Origin: Trypanosoma brucei
Lineage: Eukaryota
NCBI GenBank assembly: GCA_000002445.1
Contig: CH464491.1
Span: forward strand, 3,296,001 to 3,360,000
Length of the DNA stretch: 64,000 nucleotides
Direction of reading: 5' to 3'
Both the position numbers and the translations under genes were made by a program. Every line of letters starts with the position of its first letter. Position 1 is the first letter of the stretch. Below the pieces are notes generated by a model. It was given only the letters and a program-made list of their open reading frames with translations, had not been told where the DNA came from and ran no database searches. Positions 22,849-34,429 of this stretch are shown here, one piece after another.

Positions 22849-23277
22849 AGTGATACTGGTGCCTATCGCCGTGTTCTGCGGGTCATTGTTACCAAGTAAA
22901 ACGGGACCCCAGTGATGGTGTGCGCATACCTCACCATCCTGTGTTTTCTACCACTCTTTTTATTTCGTTTTTGTGTCCCCAATTCCTATCTTTCACGCCC
23001 CTCCCTTCTCTCGCTCTCTGTTTTGTTTTTGTTTTCTCGTTTTTTTTTTCCACTGTGACGCTCCAAAGACAAAGGTGTCGTCAAAGGGAGTGATATCAGG
23101 CTGGTCATACAATACCTAGTAGCACATATTACGTCACCGGCCGCGTGCATTTTTCTGTGAATTTGCTATCGCGACCGGTTTATCGCCGCCAGCAAGGGGG
23201 CACAGATTGCATACTTAACAAAGCGTAACGTGAACTTTTTCACTTGAGTAGAGACGGCAGAGAGGCGAACACTTCCT

Positions 23278-26202
23278 ATGAGCTCTGCGGTTTCAGCACT
23301 CACCGCAACCATCGGCGTACTCAGGCGCCTCTTGAATGAAGAGAAAACGGACCTCGAGCAACTAACTTATGTGGTTCAGTGCATCCACGACCCTATATTA
23401 GAGTGCTACAACTCACCAAACGATGGAAAACAAGGTCAATGGTTGTTTGAAACCCCAAATGTGGCATCCATTTTAACTGCAACTGAGCACCGGGATATCT
23501 TTGGGAATATATTTGCGCTTTACAATAAGCATAAATGGATTGTGAGCAGACTTGAGTCAGCACTCCGAGAACCCAATAGGAAACAGGAAAATGGAGCTGA
23601 AGCGACTGGACAAAGTAGCTCCAACGCAAAAGAAAATGCAGAGGCAGCCGCGCTTCGTGATGTGGTAGAGCTCTTTTGCTCCAACGAAATGCAGCAGTTC
23701 ATCACCGAGCACCTAAAGTATTCCTTAAGTTACAGTAGCACAATTGCGCCGAAAATTCTTGGCTTGTGGCATCGGTGCTGCCCCACGCACGCTAAAAATG
23801 CCACTGGCAAGTTAAGTCTAGATAGTGGTTTCATACGGGTCGTCGACAAACGGGGTGAACTCAGTTTCCGCAAGAGGTTTTTGTGCTTCCTCTGGTGGAC
23901 GTTAGGTGAACGAAGTGGTGTGCCCATGGATCCACGCGCGGTGCGGGTTCGACTTCCCGACTCTCTTTCTCCAGCAACGGCACCGCCTGCATCAACCGGT
24001 CAAGGCCATCCCTGCGCATCTCCCCCTTTGAAAAGTAACGCTGGCGAGGGCCACTCCAACGGGCGTCCTGGAAGTGTCTCTAATGCAATTAAGATGACTT
24101 TTTCCAGTCCCTCAGCAGGTTGGGAAGAGTCACTTATTCCCCCCACATGGCAGGGTTTTGAAACTTTGCTTGCCCTCCTTGCCACGCCACTCCCCTCTCT
24201 TCGCCGGTATGTTCATGTCGCTTGTTGTATTGTCAACACGCACTGCCTGCAGAGGTCCATACGGCAACAACTGCAGTTCAACTTCGTCACTTTGGCAAGG
24301 CAGCGAATGGCGGAAGAAAATTGTATGGTATTGAATGAGTTAATCAAGCAGGACACCGGACATATTACATCCCTTATTGATGGTGCCGGGGCAGCATCTG
24401 CAGATAAAGCAAAGGCTGCTGCTCTTCTCCCCGGATATACTGCAAAAAAATTTGCACGCGTTGACCCTGATAAGGATGGTTGCCGAGTGCTCATTCATTA
24501 CGGGCGCCTTACAAAGAAATTTCGCCGTGGGCGCCATGAACGGTTGGTGTTCTTATTTAACGACTGGTTTTGCTACGGTGAGGAACACGTGAACAATCAA
24601 CTGCTCCTCCGGGCGTCACTTTCACTCGACGGACTAAAGGTGGTGGACCACAGCAATGTGGAGGATGGGGATAACAGCTTCGATGTGGTCACGCAAAAGA
24701 TGCGCTTTTCCTTCATCGCACCGACACAAGAACAGAAACGGCAGTGGGTCGACGCCCTTCTCAACACTGTACGCTTGTATGAAAAGAGGTTGTCGAAGCC
24801 CCAGCAACCCAGCAACTCTTCAGGGGGGGATAGCAAGCTGGCAGTAAGGAAAACAGTCAGCGTGCTACCGACGAAATCTGTGAGACTTACAAGGAACTCA
24901 CGACTGGTTCGCCAACAGCGTGTGGACCGTTTAGTGCAGGGACAGCTGAGCATGCGGCGGGCAGCGAGCGCCACCCAAGGTGCTGTTTCTGATGAAGAGG
25001 CTGTTGGACCCGTGGCCATGCAAGATACATTGGTTGCACCAGATGATGTTGGTGGCCTGCAGGACATCGAATCCCCACTGCAGCAGGAAGAAGTTGAAGT
25101 GGAGAAGGATGCAGCTGATGGAAATGTTGTTTCAGATGATGGTGAATGGGCTGAGAGGGAACAGGTTGACGTCGCCGCTGAGGTTGAAAGTGATGACAGT
25201 GGCGATATTGTTGGCCACGAGGGCCGCAGTTCTGCAGAAGGAGAGGGTGAGGGTGGACCGGATGCGCACCGGACGCTGGGTCGCTGTACCGAAGAGCTGC
25301 GGGACGAAAGCAGTGGGAATAGCAAGGAAGTAAGTGGAACATTACAAGGGGGGGAGGCCTCAACGTCGCTAGAAGACACTGGAGGTACGACCCCGCTTCC
25401 AAAGCATGATTCAGGGGAGCCGAACGACAGCTACCACAGAACTAATGAAGAACCGGGCGTAACGCAACCGAGGGAGCTGCCGGTCGAGCGCCGTGGGGGC
25501 AACTTGGGTGTAAATAAGGAGTTGGGGACGAGTGGCCATGAGGGGAGAGGAAGTGAACACGAGAATGACAAAGAGCAATCAAATGGGGATGTGAAGGGCA
25601 GCGACGTAAAGCGGTGTAAGACTGAGGGGAGAGAAAACAGGGAGGAAGTAGAGGAACGGAGATGCGAAAGCGAAGACGAGGAAGAGGAAGAGGAACTTTG
25701 CGAAAGCTCTGAAGGTGACAACAAGGGAAAGGGAGGCGAGGACGAGCGAAGGAATGATGAGGAGGGCGGTGGTCCTACAAATGTAGGGGATATGGAGGAA
25801 GTGGAACGGAAGGAGGTGGTGGTAGAGGGGGAGGAACAAGTGGAAGTGGAAGAAAAAACAGAAGAAGGCTGTGAGGAGGCCCAGGACCTCCCACCGCCAC
25901 CGGCATACACGATTGAATGCGTCGCATCGTCAGAGAATGAAGCTTCCGGTCCCCCGTGTTCCGCAGATGAAAGCGATGATGTTGTCAACGCAACAAAGGA
26001 AGTAGCAAAAAATAATGACGAAGGCATCCCCAACGGAGGAGAAACTGTTAAGCAGGAGTCAAATCGGTCAAGTGGATGCGATAAAATTTGCGCTGATGGC
26101 AGCAAACCAACAAAGGCCGCCCCCGAGGAAATGGAAAAATCACGAACTGACGAAGCAAAGCCACAGGCAGCCAGAGCTGAGGAAAAGGAGTTGAATGAAT
26201 GA
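23278..26202 (+). CDS. Hypothetical protein with a PH-like domain and a ~400-aa acidic (Glu/Asp-rich) C-terminal region
   Basis: 974 codons. PH-like stretch (RLTKKFRRGRHERLVFLFNDWFCYGEE ... FSFIAPTQEQKRQWVDAL). C-terminal E/D-rich low complexity. Confidence 0.5.
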   Translation: MSSAVSALTATIGVLRRLLNEEKTDLEQLTYVVQCIHDPILECYNSPNDGKQGQWLFETPNVASILTATEHRDIFGNIFALYNKHKWIVSRLESALREPNRKQENGAEATGQSSSNAKENAEAAALRDVVELFCSNEMQQFITEHLKYSLSYSSTIAPKILGLWHRCCPTHAKNATGKLSLDSGFIRVVDKRGELSFRKRFLCFLWWTLGERSGVPMDPRAVRVRLPDSLSPATAPPASTGQGHPCASPPLKSNAGEGHSNGRPGSVSNAIKMTFSSPSAGWEESLIPPTWQGFETLLALLATPLPSLRRYVHVACCIVNTHCLQRSIRQQLQFNFVTLARQRMAEENCMVLNELIKQDTGHITSLIDGAGAASADKAKAAALLPGYTAKKFARVDPDKDGCRVLIHYGRLTKKFRRGRHERLVFLFNDWFCYGEEHVNNQLLLRASLSLDGLKVVDHSNVEDGDNSFDVVTQKMRFSFIAPTQEQKRQWVDALLNTVRLYEKRLSKPQQPSNSSGGDSKLAVRKTVSVLPTKSVRLTRNSRLVRQQRVDRLVQGQLSMRRAASATQGAVSDEEAVGPVAMQDTLVAPDDVGGLQDIESPLQQEEVEVEKDAADGNVVSDDGEWAEREQVDVAAEVESDDSGDIVGHEGRSSAEGEGEGGPDAHRTLGRCTEELRDESSGNSKEVSGTLQGGEASTSLEDTGGTTPLPKHDSGEPNDSYHRTNEEPGVTQPRELPVERRGGNLGVNKELGTSGHEGRGSEHENDKEQSNGDVKGSDVKRCKTEGRENREEVEERRCESEDEEEEEELCESSEGDNKGKGGEDERRNDEEGGGPTNVGDMEEVERKEVVVEGEEQVEVEEKTEEGCEEAQDLPPPPAYTIECVASSENEASGPPCSADESDDVVNATKEVAKNNDEGIPNGGETVKQESNRSSGCDKICADGSKPTKAAPEEMEKSRTDEAKPQAARAEEKELNE

Positions 26203-26687
26203 GTGTTCCTCCTCCTCATTACCCACCACATTAAAAACGTTCAAACTCGCACGTTACGGGTACAGTATAATTGCTCAAAAAGTGGAAAGGGAATTCAAAA
26301 AGTAGAATAACTGAGACGTTGAAACGGTACACAGGGATAGGAATGACAATCGAAAAAGCGGAAGGAATGGGTGCTAATAATAAGTGAAATGTCATTTTCT
26401 TTTGCCATCGCTACGGCCGTATCTGGCACTTTTTGCTTGTTTTATACATCAACGTTAACTGTAACTATACGCATGCCTGTGCATACACTGTTGGGTTTAG
26501 CCTCGGTTTGTTCGTTTGTTCTTGCAGAGTGTGACTTCCCCCCCCAAAAAAAAAAAAGTGTGTCTTCTCTTCTTTTTTCTTTTGTTTTGTTTTTCATTTG
26601 GTATGAATTGCTACTAGCCCTAGTACTGATCACAGCAGCTGAGGACGGCGAAACTACCCTTCATATTGGTTCCCAGTGGCTGACAAA

Positions 26688-28046
26688 ATGGAATCGTTCG
26701 GCCCTCTTGCGGTCGTTTCGGCCACTATTCTTTCTGTAATCGCTGTTTTTTATATCGGTATCATGGGGCCTTCACGTTACCACCGTAACGGCGTTGTTGG
26801 GTGGTTATACCGAGGCATGGTGAAGCTCCCACATGCGTGCGTCAGTTGCTGTTGTTGCCGTAGTGGAACCAGCGGTGGGTTATTCAGCTGCTTCATGAAA
26901 ACCCGGTGTGGTCGTTGTTTCCACTACCTTATGAATGAGCGTCATTGGGGTTTAGTTATTCTCTACATCATCCTCGTATGGCCTGTGGAGATTGCATATT
27001 TAGCACTGGTTGCCATGCGACTCAAGGCATCACTTCTCTCCAAAATGGTTAGTTGGGGGCTCGTCCTTTTCTCTGAAGTTGTTTACTTCGCTGCCGTCTT
27101 TTCAGACCCGGGGACTGTCACATCGCGGTCGGAAAAGGACGCTCAAAAGCGTGCATTTGCCACAGCTGGTGGAGCAAAGCCACAGATGAAAAAGGGTCAT
27201 GAAGCAACAAGAAAGGGCGAGGAGCGAATGCAATATCGGAAGTTTTTACTTTCCCCTCGTGCAGAAGAGGAGCAGGGTCAGCGCTACGTTGTGGATGGGA
27301 TCCTTTACGGAAAGGATAGCACCCGCGGTTGTGGAGTTGAGTGCCCCACCTGTAATGTCCCCCGCCCCAGCCGTAGCAAACACTGTCGGATGTGTAACCG
27401 CTGTGTTCGGCGCTATGATCATCATTGCCCGTGGATAAACAACGACGTGGCGGAGGGTAACCACCGTTGGTTCTTGCTGTTTCTCCTAATACACATCATC
27501 GAATGTATATGGGGACTCTGGGATTTGTACACAATGGTGGTGCAGTTTCTAACAGCGCAAGGTTTGTGGGTGTCGGCCATCAGGTTCGCTAACGGATACA
27601 CATACCGCATAACAAATATCCATCGCCTCTTTGCAATCGCGACGATGCATCCTTTGGTGCTCTTCTTGATTATTTTTGCCGCTCCCATCACTGTTGTTCT
27701 AGCGGTTTTTTGGCTGCAGCAAATGTCATTTGTGGTGTCAAACGTTACCATCAACGACATGAACAAAATAGACACAACAATAGACTTTATCACCACTTTA
27801 CCTACAGCGACAGATGTGTACGAGGAGGCGCAAAACGTGCGTTCCGTGCTTGAAAATGTCGCAGCGCGACCACCCCGACGGCTGAGGGCGCTGAAAAGGC
27901 CATCGGCAGAGGCGATTGTTGTGGGAAGCAAAAAGGATAAGGCATACCGTAAAGAGGTGAGTAAGATGCTGATGAGCGACCTAAAGGGGTTGTTTAACCG
28001 TGGGGTATGGAATAATCTGAAGGAGGTGATGTTTCCCTACAGTTGA
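26688..28046 (+). CDS. DHHC-type palmitoyltransferase
   Basis: Track ORF starts at GTG 26676; ATG is at 26688. zf-DHHC core [36 protein letters not shown], flanked by multiple TM helices. Confidence 0.8.
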   Translation: MESFGPLAVVSATILSVIAVFYIGIMGPSRYHRNGVVGWLYRGMVKLPHACVSCCCCRSGTSGGLFSCFMKTRCGRCFHYLMNERHWGLVILYIILVWPVEIAYLALVAMRLKASLLSKMVSWGLVLFSEVVYFAAVFSDPGTVTSRSEKDAQKRAFATAGGAKPQMKKGHEATRKGEERMQYRKFLLSPRAEEEQGQRYVVDGILYGKDSTRGCGVECPTCNVPRPSRSKHCRMCNRCVRRYDHHCPWINNDVAEGNHRWFLLFLLIHIIECIWGLWDLYTMVVQFLTAQGLWVSAIRFANGYTYRITNIHRLFAIATMHPLVLFLIIFAAPITVVLAVFWLQQMSFVVSNVTINDMNKIDTTIDFITTLPTATDVYEEAQNVRSVLENVAARPPRRLRALKRPSAEAIVVGSKKDKAYRKEVSKMLMSDLKGLFNRGVWNNLKEVMFPYS

Positions 28047-29071
28047 ATTTATTCTTTTTGTGTGCGCCTCATTGGTGCTTCTGAGTGGTGAACCGGGTAC
28101 TTTTCACTGGCACTTCTCGCCTTTCCGATCCCAGCATGGGGGGGGGGAGGAAAACGAGAAGAAATGCAGTCAACAAGTCCCTTCAATCTCTTTTCTGTTG
28201 TTTAAGCAAAGGGGAGAAGGGGAAGGTCGGTGCGCGGAGTGGAGAAGGGCATGGAAAGAAGCATATTTAATAATGGAATAAATAGAGATATAATTTGCGT
28301 GGGTCCCACGATGTGCTGTTGTTTTCACACTGTAGCTGTTGTGTCCAGTAACTTTGGATGTTCTTTTCATCTACGCGTCATACGCATGGAGCTAACAGAA
28401 ACGTAAGCGTGGGGCGGGAGAAGGCTCTTGAAGGAAGCACAGGGGTGCCGCCCATGTGCTTTCCGATGTGTCATGAAGCTGACGCACATTTGAATTCTCG
28501 GTTTTTTCTCTCGCCTTTCTGTTTCTTTTTCTTTTTTAATCAATCCACCCGTCAAGATCCCTCTCATTGTTTCTTCTGCGGTTATGCTCCGTCCCCTCAC
28601 TCTCATCTCGTTCGTTAGCACCTCACCCTTCCACGTGTTTTACGCCGAGGATCTTATACATAATCCACCACACCCCAAAACCATTCGAGAAATGTTATCA
28701 CCCTGCCGTTTCATCCATGCTGGTGTCATCCGATCGTTCGCTTCTGGAACGGGGAAACACTTTGTTACTTGGTGTACGTAACGAAAAATAGCGTTCAAAA
28801 AAAAAAAGAAGAGGAAGATTGTTATGTGGGGTTCTCAATCTTTGACTGGTTGCGCGTATGCAGTCTTGCGCGCGCGGCCGCACTCCTTTATGTACGTGGG
28901 GTCTCGTTTTGTATTGCACGAGAACATAAGAAACAACTGTAAAGTGATTACTACGCACAGTTAAATGGCTCGACATTGTCTTGCACGCACACCGTTGTTT
29001 TATTTCACTTATTATACTGTTTGCACTAAAGGGAGGCAGAAAGGCCTCGGCAAAGGGATCAGGTAAAAGGT

Positions 29072-31432
29072 ATGAAAACCGAGGTGGAGACCAAGACTAA
29101 GACAACAGACGTGACAGAGGCTGCCTCACAGCATGCACGAGGGAGCACTACTGGGAATGGTTTTATTTCCCCACTGGAAGCCTCTCAGTGCTACCGCGCT
29201 GTGTGTGGTCCTTGCCACTTTGAAAACAGCGGGTGTCAGTCACATTCTACGTTGGCTGCAGCGATCGCCCACCCGGCCACAACTCAAATTCTTCAGGAGC
29301 TGATTCTATTTGCGTTTACGCCAGGGAGGCATTCCGGCGGCCCCCAGCAAATGGGAATGGTCAACTCAGTCATGGCGCGTAAGCCGTTTGGAGTGCCGCC
29401 CGAACACGCTCTAACGTGGTTAGATATAAAAAGGTCGCTTTTGTTCTGTGGCGTAAAGCAGCACCGCTGTCCCAAAGCGCTAAGGCTGCTGTGGGGGAGC
29501 CTCCTTGCTCTTTGCTGTAACTGCTCACAACATACCATCGATGAGAAAAAGGTGCCGGAGGGGACCACTTTGGACGATGGCAGTAGTATTCAGTGTAGTA
29601 GTCACTTTCCCGCCGCAGAAATTGCGATATTGGTCCGGCACGAAGATTTTCGTTGGGTCGCGCAATTACTGGCAGCTGGCGAAAGTTTGGGGAGCTGCAC
29701 CGTCGCGAGGGGAAAAGCGGTTCCCCTTGAGGACTTTGTGTCTACCATCGTTGATTTGCAGCATCACATAACTTCAACCGTGGCCGAAAGTTACCAGGTG
29801 CCACGCTCACAAACAAAATATGTTCTAATTGTCGATGCAGACAGCTTCCACTGCTGCATCAAGAGGTTTCTCGCACAGGAATTACGGGGAGAACACATTA
29901 CTCTCTCCCCACTCCCCCGGTGGAATGGAGCGCAGGCCATTGTCCAGCAGCGCCGCGCGCTTGTTGTATTTTGCGGTGGAACGAGTGGCTGTGGAAAGAG
30001 TACGCTATCCAGTCTCATTTCAACTCACCTGAGTATTTCCACGACTATTTCAACAGACACTATCCGACAAGCGCTTCGCCGGACGCTGCCAGGTGGCGAG
30101 TTCCCGGAACTCTTCACGTCTACATACGCCGCTCATTCAAACCCGGTAGCATCTCTTGAAGGCGGTGGGAATGCGTGTAACGGCAACCTTGACGGGGATG
30201 GACCTGAGCACGTTATCGCAGCGTATGAGAAACAGTGCGCGACGGTTCTTCCGGTGCTTGATCGCACACTGGAAAAGTTTGTTTCGCGCTATCAGACAGT
30301 GGTCGTTGAGGGTGTTCATTTGTTGCCGGATTACATGCATCGCAAGATGGTTGAGTTGCAAACACGGGGAGTGCTGTGCGTTTCCTTTCTAGTGTACATA
30401 AAGAAAAGGGAACGACATCTTGAGCGGTTCTGTACACGGGCCAAGTCCATGAGCCTCTCGCCGACGCGCAACAAATATGTGTCGAATTTCGAGAACATCC
30501 GAGTAATTCAGCAGCATCTACTCGAGCAGGCGGCACGTCTTGACGTGAACCTTATAAACAACACGAATGTTGACAAGTCTCTAATGATGGTTCATACGCG
30601 TCTGTTAGACAGAGTGCATCATTTCAATGTCGCCCCGGGGTTTCAGCAGCACGTGGGTGTCGGTGAAGAAACTTCCACTGCAAGAGCCCAAGTCGGTACC
30701 AATTCAGGTATCGACCGCCGGGACGATGAAACAGAAGTAACTAGTGCCGCACACCTCTACAATATGCCTTATTCGAACGTTAGCGGCAAACACATGCTTG
30801 CTTTGCTTCTTCATCGGCGAAACGAGAAAAAGCACCGAATGCATAACAGTCTGTTTTCTCGTTGCCACTGTTGTGAGCGCAACTCCTTGGTCACACAGGT
30901 TAGGCGGTCCCGATCAGCAGAATCTCTTACAACACTGAAACTTAGTTCACTTCAAGTGTGTACAGACGAATGGGACGGACGAGATAACTCACTTCTTGTG
31001 CCACATAAACAAAGTGAGGAACCGACAACCAATTCCAGTGAATGTGGATGTATCACCAACGCCATGGTCGCTGGGACTTCCCTTATCGGAATAGACTGTC
31101 AGAATAGGAACACTGATGCAGATGATGCAAATGTTGATGATTACCACGACCCTACGTCAATGCAAGCCCTTGAGGCAGGACACACAACCCGAAGCATGCG
31201 GTCGTCAAGCGCCTTCACGCACTTCGCTCCGATTTCTCCGTCGGTGCGCTCAGCGAGCGCGGATACGGAGCGCCTCGGGGGAAGGATGTGCAAGCGGAGC
31301 CGTGGGTGGGCTGCAATTCAATTGTCCATCTCCAATAGGGCGGAGCAGGGAAGGAATGAAAACGATGAGGAGATGAAGTCTCTATGGGGAGACAACTTCT
31401 CCAGCGAAACGCCATCCCTCACTTGCTGTTGA
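29072..31432 (+). CDS. P-loop ATP-binding protein, 2-phosphoglycerate-kinase-like family
   Basis: VVFCGGTSGCGKSTLSSLISTHLSISTTISTDTIRQALR matches the 2-PGK-type P-loop (GGTSGxGKST ... STDxIR). 786 codons with a long C-terminal extension. Confidence 0.55.
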   Translation: MKTEVETKTKTTDVTEAASQHARGSTTGNGFISPLEASQCYRAVCGPCHFENSGCQSHSTLAAAIAHPATTQILQELILFAFTPGRHSGGPQQMGMVNSVMARKPFGVPPEHALTWLDIKRSLLFCGVKQHRCPKALRLLWGSLLALCCNCSQHTIDEKKVPEGTTLDDGSSIQCSSHFPAAEIAILVRHEDFRWVAQLLAAGESLGSCTVARGKAVPLEDFVSTIVDLQHHITSTVAESYQVPRSQTKYVLIVDADSFHCCIKRFLAQELRGEHITLSPLPRWNGAQAIVQQRRALVVFCGGTSGCGKSTLSSLISTHLSISTTISTDTIRQALRRTLPGGEFPELFTSTYAAHSNPVASLEGGGNACNGNLDGDGPEHVIAAYEKQCATVLPVLDRTLEKFVSRYQTVVVEGVHLLPDYMHRKMVELQTRGVLCVSFLVYIKKRERHLERFCTRAKSMSLSPTRNKYVSNFENIRVIQQHLLEQAARLDVNLINNTNVDKSLMMVHTRLLDRVHHFNVAPGFQQHVGVGEETSTARAQVGTNSGIDRRDDETEVTSAAHLYNMPYSNVSGKHMLALLLHRRNEKKHRMHNSLFSRCHCCERNSLVTQVRRSRSAESLTTLKLSSLQVCTDEWDGRDNSLLVPHKQSEEPTTNSSECGCITNAMVAGTSLIGIDCQNRNTDADDANVDDYHDPTSMQALEAGHTTRSMRSSSAFTHFAPISPSVRSASADTERLGGRMCKRSRGWAAIQLSISNRAEQGRNENDEEMKSLWGDNFSSETPSLTCC

Positions 31433-32154
31433 GATTATAAACTCGCGGGGTCTGTTTGGAGCTATTTTGTTATTATTATTATTATTGTTATTTGCATTCT
31501 ATCCCTATATTGGAAGTTGGGGCGCGAAGGTTGCATAGTAGCAAAGACGAAGACGGATACGTAAAAGAAGGTGGGGACTTTAGAAACCGTGCGATGATTA
31601 TCAGCTTAGCACATTGCACAAGTGCCATTCACAACGGCTAGTAAGTGCAGGGTTGGTTGGTTTGAACCCACTAAGTCACTCATTTTATCGATTTGATGAA
31701 ACGACTATGTAAGTACTTCTGCTGCTGCTGCCGCTGTATCATTGTCATTGTTTCTGTTGTTGGAGATTGCAAAGTGTGAAACCCCTTTTTGGCCATTTTA
31801 TTCCGTGGCGTGTCCCGTGTGATTGCAATGGTGTGGGGGAACTGTTGCACTTGTGCTTCAGGGTGGGCAGACACGCAGAATTAAAACCTCCTCTAAGACG
31901 AAGTTGCCCTTGCTTTTTTAAGGAGGGAAAGGAGAGCGAAAAAAGAACGGTTCACGAAAACACACAGTCCCCTCCCCCGAGGTCTTTAATTACCATTTTC
32001 TATCCCGGTTCTCCTTCGTTTCATTCTGCGAGCTTCTGCACAAATATGTGAATGATGTGTTCTGTATGTCATTTTGTTATTTTTTGCCCTCCACTTCATC
32101 ATTATGGTTACCCTTGGACAAGGTGATTTAGGGACTACCAAAGTGGTGTGAAAC

Positions 32155-33225
32155 ATGTTCGACTTGATGGCAGACGCGTGTGCCGCTTACATGGAGGACA
32201 GCGAACCGACAAAAGCCAGGATTGAAAAAAACACGGAGGGCGAAGGGAGGGAGAGGAAGGGAAGAACCTCCCAATGTCCTAAAGAGCGGTGTGTGCGCCC
32301 AAAAAATAACTTGGCGCAGGGTGACAAAGAATTCAAGGAACACAAACAGCGGGTGATGTCGAACCTTTCAAGCAACATGTGCGACCATAGTCCAAAAGGT
32401 GGGGTTGATCGTAAGTGCCTAAAAGTGATGGAGTTACTAAACAATCACCAAGATTATGTCACAGTCAGCAGTTGTAGTGGTCGCATCGCCCTCTTCCATA
32501 GCACCCCCATCCTGGAGACACTTCATGATTCTGTGAATGGCAGCTCCAGTACAAAAAGCGCAGCGGTTGTGGGGAAGCGGGGGAGCAAAGATGCCTTGGG
32601 GTGGCTTGTGGTTAAACATGGTGAGCTAACGGAGGAAGAGATAAACCAAATTGTGAAAGGTCTCTGCGGAGACGAGGCCGAGGATAGTTCCAACACCCAC
32701 AGCTCACCACAGGTGCGTGAGGTGGCGGAAAGAAAGTTCAACGGAGATGAGGATGAGTTGGACGGTGTTTGGATGCAAACTGGGGTCCTGGCACCAATTC
32801 CACTTCCCTCGTTTGGCACTGTTACACTTAAGATGGAACCTTTCGTGATGCATGTGGCGTGCCGAACGATGGAGAGCGGGAAGCGGTTACTGACAGCTGC
32901 AGCAACCGAAGCCGGTTTCCGAAACAGTGGGGTGACGCCACCGGGGAAGCGAGTCGTTTGCGCCATCCGAAATGCAACGGGGGTTGGGTTGGATATACCT
33001 CTGGTTGTTGACGGGGTGAACTATGCACGAGGTCAGCATTCCTATGTGCGTCGTTTGCTGTTGTTGGCAAACGAAAAGATGCGCAACAACGATTTGAGAC
33101 GGCACAGGTTGGAGGTGGGGGTTGCTGCGTTCCTCGAGAGAGGGCATGAAACACCGCAGTGTAGTCATGAGGAGCGTATGCGGCTGCCACCACCGTGTGT
33201 TCTCGGCAAACACCCCGATGCGTAG
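32155..33225 (+). CDS. TYW3: tRNA wybutosine-synthesizing protein 3 (TYW3) homolog
   Basis: Conserved TYW3 blocks KGGVDRKCLKVMELLN...VTVSSCSGRIALF, KMEPFVMHVACR and GFRNSGVTPPGKRVVCAIRNATGVGLDIPL. About 80-aa lineage-specific insertion after the SSCSGR motif. Confidence 0.75.
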   Translation: MFDLMADACAAYMEDSEPTKARIEKNTEGEGRERKGRTSQCPKERCVRPKNNLAQGDKEFKEHKQRVMSNLSSNMCDHSPKGGVDRKCLKVMELLNNHQDYVTVSSCSGRIALFHSTPILETLHDSVNGSSSTKSAAVVGKRGSKDALGWLVVKHGELTEEEINQIVKGLCGDEAEDSSNTHSSPQVREVAERKFNGDEDELDGVWMQTGVLAPIPLPSFGTVTLKMEPFVMHVACRTMESGKRLLTAAATEAGFRNSGVTPPGKRVVCAIRNATGVGLDIPLVVDGVNYARGQHSYVRRLLLLANEKMRNNDLRRHRLEVGVAAFLERGHETPQCSHEERMRLPPPCVLGKHPDA

Positions 33226-33486
33226 GATTGGAGGGAAGGGCTGCATTCGATGACTGTTGGGTGTCATACCCCTCTTTAAGGTGTCATCTGTTAATGTCTT
33301 CGTTCTGGCACGCACTTGTGCCTTCCACAAGGGTAGTGAACCATCATAGTTTCTCCCTCCCTATCTCTTTTTGGTCTTTCTACCCCATCGTCCTTTCGCC
33401 AAATGTGTTCTGCGGGCGTAGGGAACCCCAGCAGTAGAAACAGGGATCGACGACAAGAGTAGGTGCACAACAGAAGGGTGTCAAAT

Positions 33487-33924
33487 ATGGCCGCAACAAA
33501 CTCACCCACAGAAGAGGAAGTTGTTATGCGCTACCAGCAGCTCCGTCAAGAGTGCCTCGCCATGGACTCACGCATCTCCGAACTGGAGAACGAGCTGCAT
33601 GAGCACCAGTTGGTGGCGGATACTCTCAAGCCACTGAACGGTGATCGCCGGTGTCATCGCCTTGTGGGTGGGGCGCTCATTGAACGCACAGTTGCAGATA
33701 TATTACCCGAGCTTGTGGAAAATATTAAGGGTATCGAGGAGGCGTTAGCGCAGCTGAACAAGATGCTGACAGAAAAGCAAGCAGCGATGGACGAATACGC
33801 GAGGAAGCATGGTGTGACCGTAGCCCAGCGGCAGGGTCAGACCCCCGCTGGTGGAGGTGGCGCCAATAACGATGAAGGGGAAAAGAAGCCGATGGGCGCA
33901 GACAGCAGGGGTGTTCTGGTATGA
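33487..33924 (+). CDS. Prefoldin subunit 2 (beta-type prefoldin)
   Basis: Track ORF starts at GTG 33463; ATG is at 33487. Coiled-coil/beta-hairpin/coiled-coil layout with the conserved hairpin CHRLVGGALIERTVADILPEL (compare CFRMIGGVLVERTVKEVLPAL). Confidence 0.8.
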   Translation: MAATNSPTEEEVVMRYQQLRQECLAMDSRISELENELHEHQLVADTLKPLNGDRRCHRLVGGALIERTVADILPELVENIKGIEEALAQLNKMLTEKQAAMDEYARKHGVTVAQRQGQTPAGGGGANNDEGEKKPMGADSRGVLV

Positions 33925-34429
33925 GTGGTGTCCAGGGAAAGAGGTCGGCGGTGAGTCGTATAGAGTTGCGTCTGCATTTACGTGACAAATGCATATATCA
34001 TTCGAGAACCCACACATATACGCGTGCCGGCGAAGGGTTTGAGCGAAAAGAGAGGGATGGGCTGCCGACGGAGGCCGGCGAGAAGGTGCCTGTGTGGCGA
34101 CCCCCTGACGGGTTCCCATCGCCGGTGACTTGGTCGGGGAGGAGCTCTCTTTCCTGTGGTTTGAAAAAAAAAGTAATAATAATAGTAGGTAATGGGTCCA
34201 TACGCTAAGGGAGGTGCTCCCCTCCTCTTGTTCTTTTTTTCTTTAAACGGCCAATGGCAACTGTCGAGAGTGCAACCTTTGTTGTTGCTGTTGTTTCTTT
34301 GGCTGATGCGTGTTTCCACGATCAACTCTTCACATTAGCGCCTACGCACATTTGTACATGACGCGTTTTTTTTTTTCCCCCTTCTGCCTGCTCACATTTC
34401 CCCTCCCCTTTTATCTAGGCTTTGGAAAT

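Noticed and set aside
24597-26231. Two long minus-strand ORFs (260 and 266 codons) rich in Ser/Pro/Thr
   Set aside because: Antisense artefacts of the GAG/GAA-rich acidic tail of gene 23278..26202. Wrong strand for the PTU.
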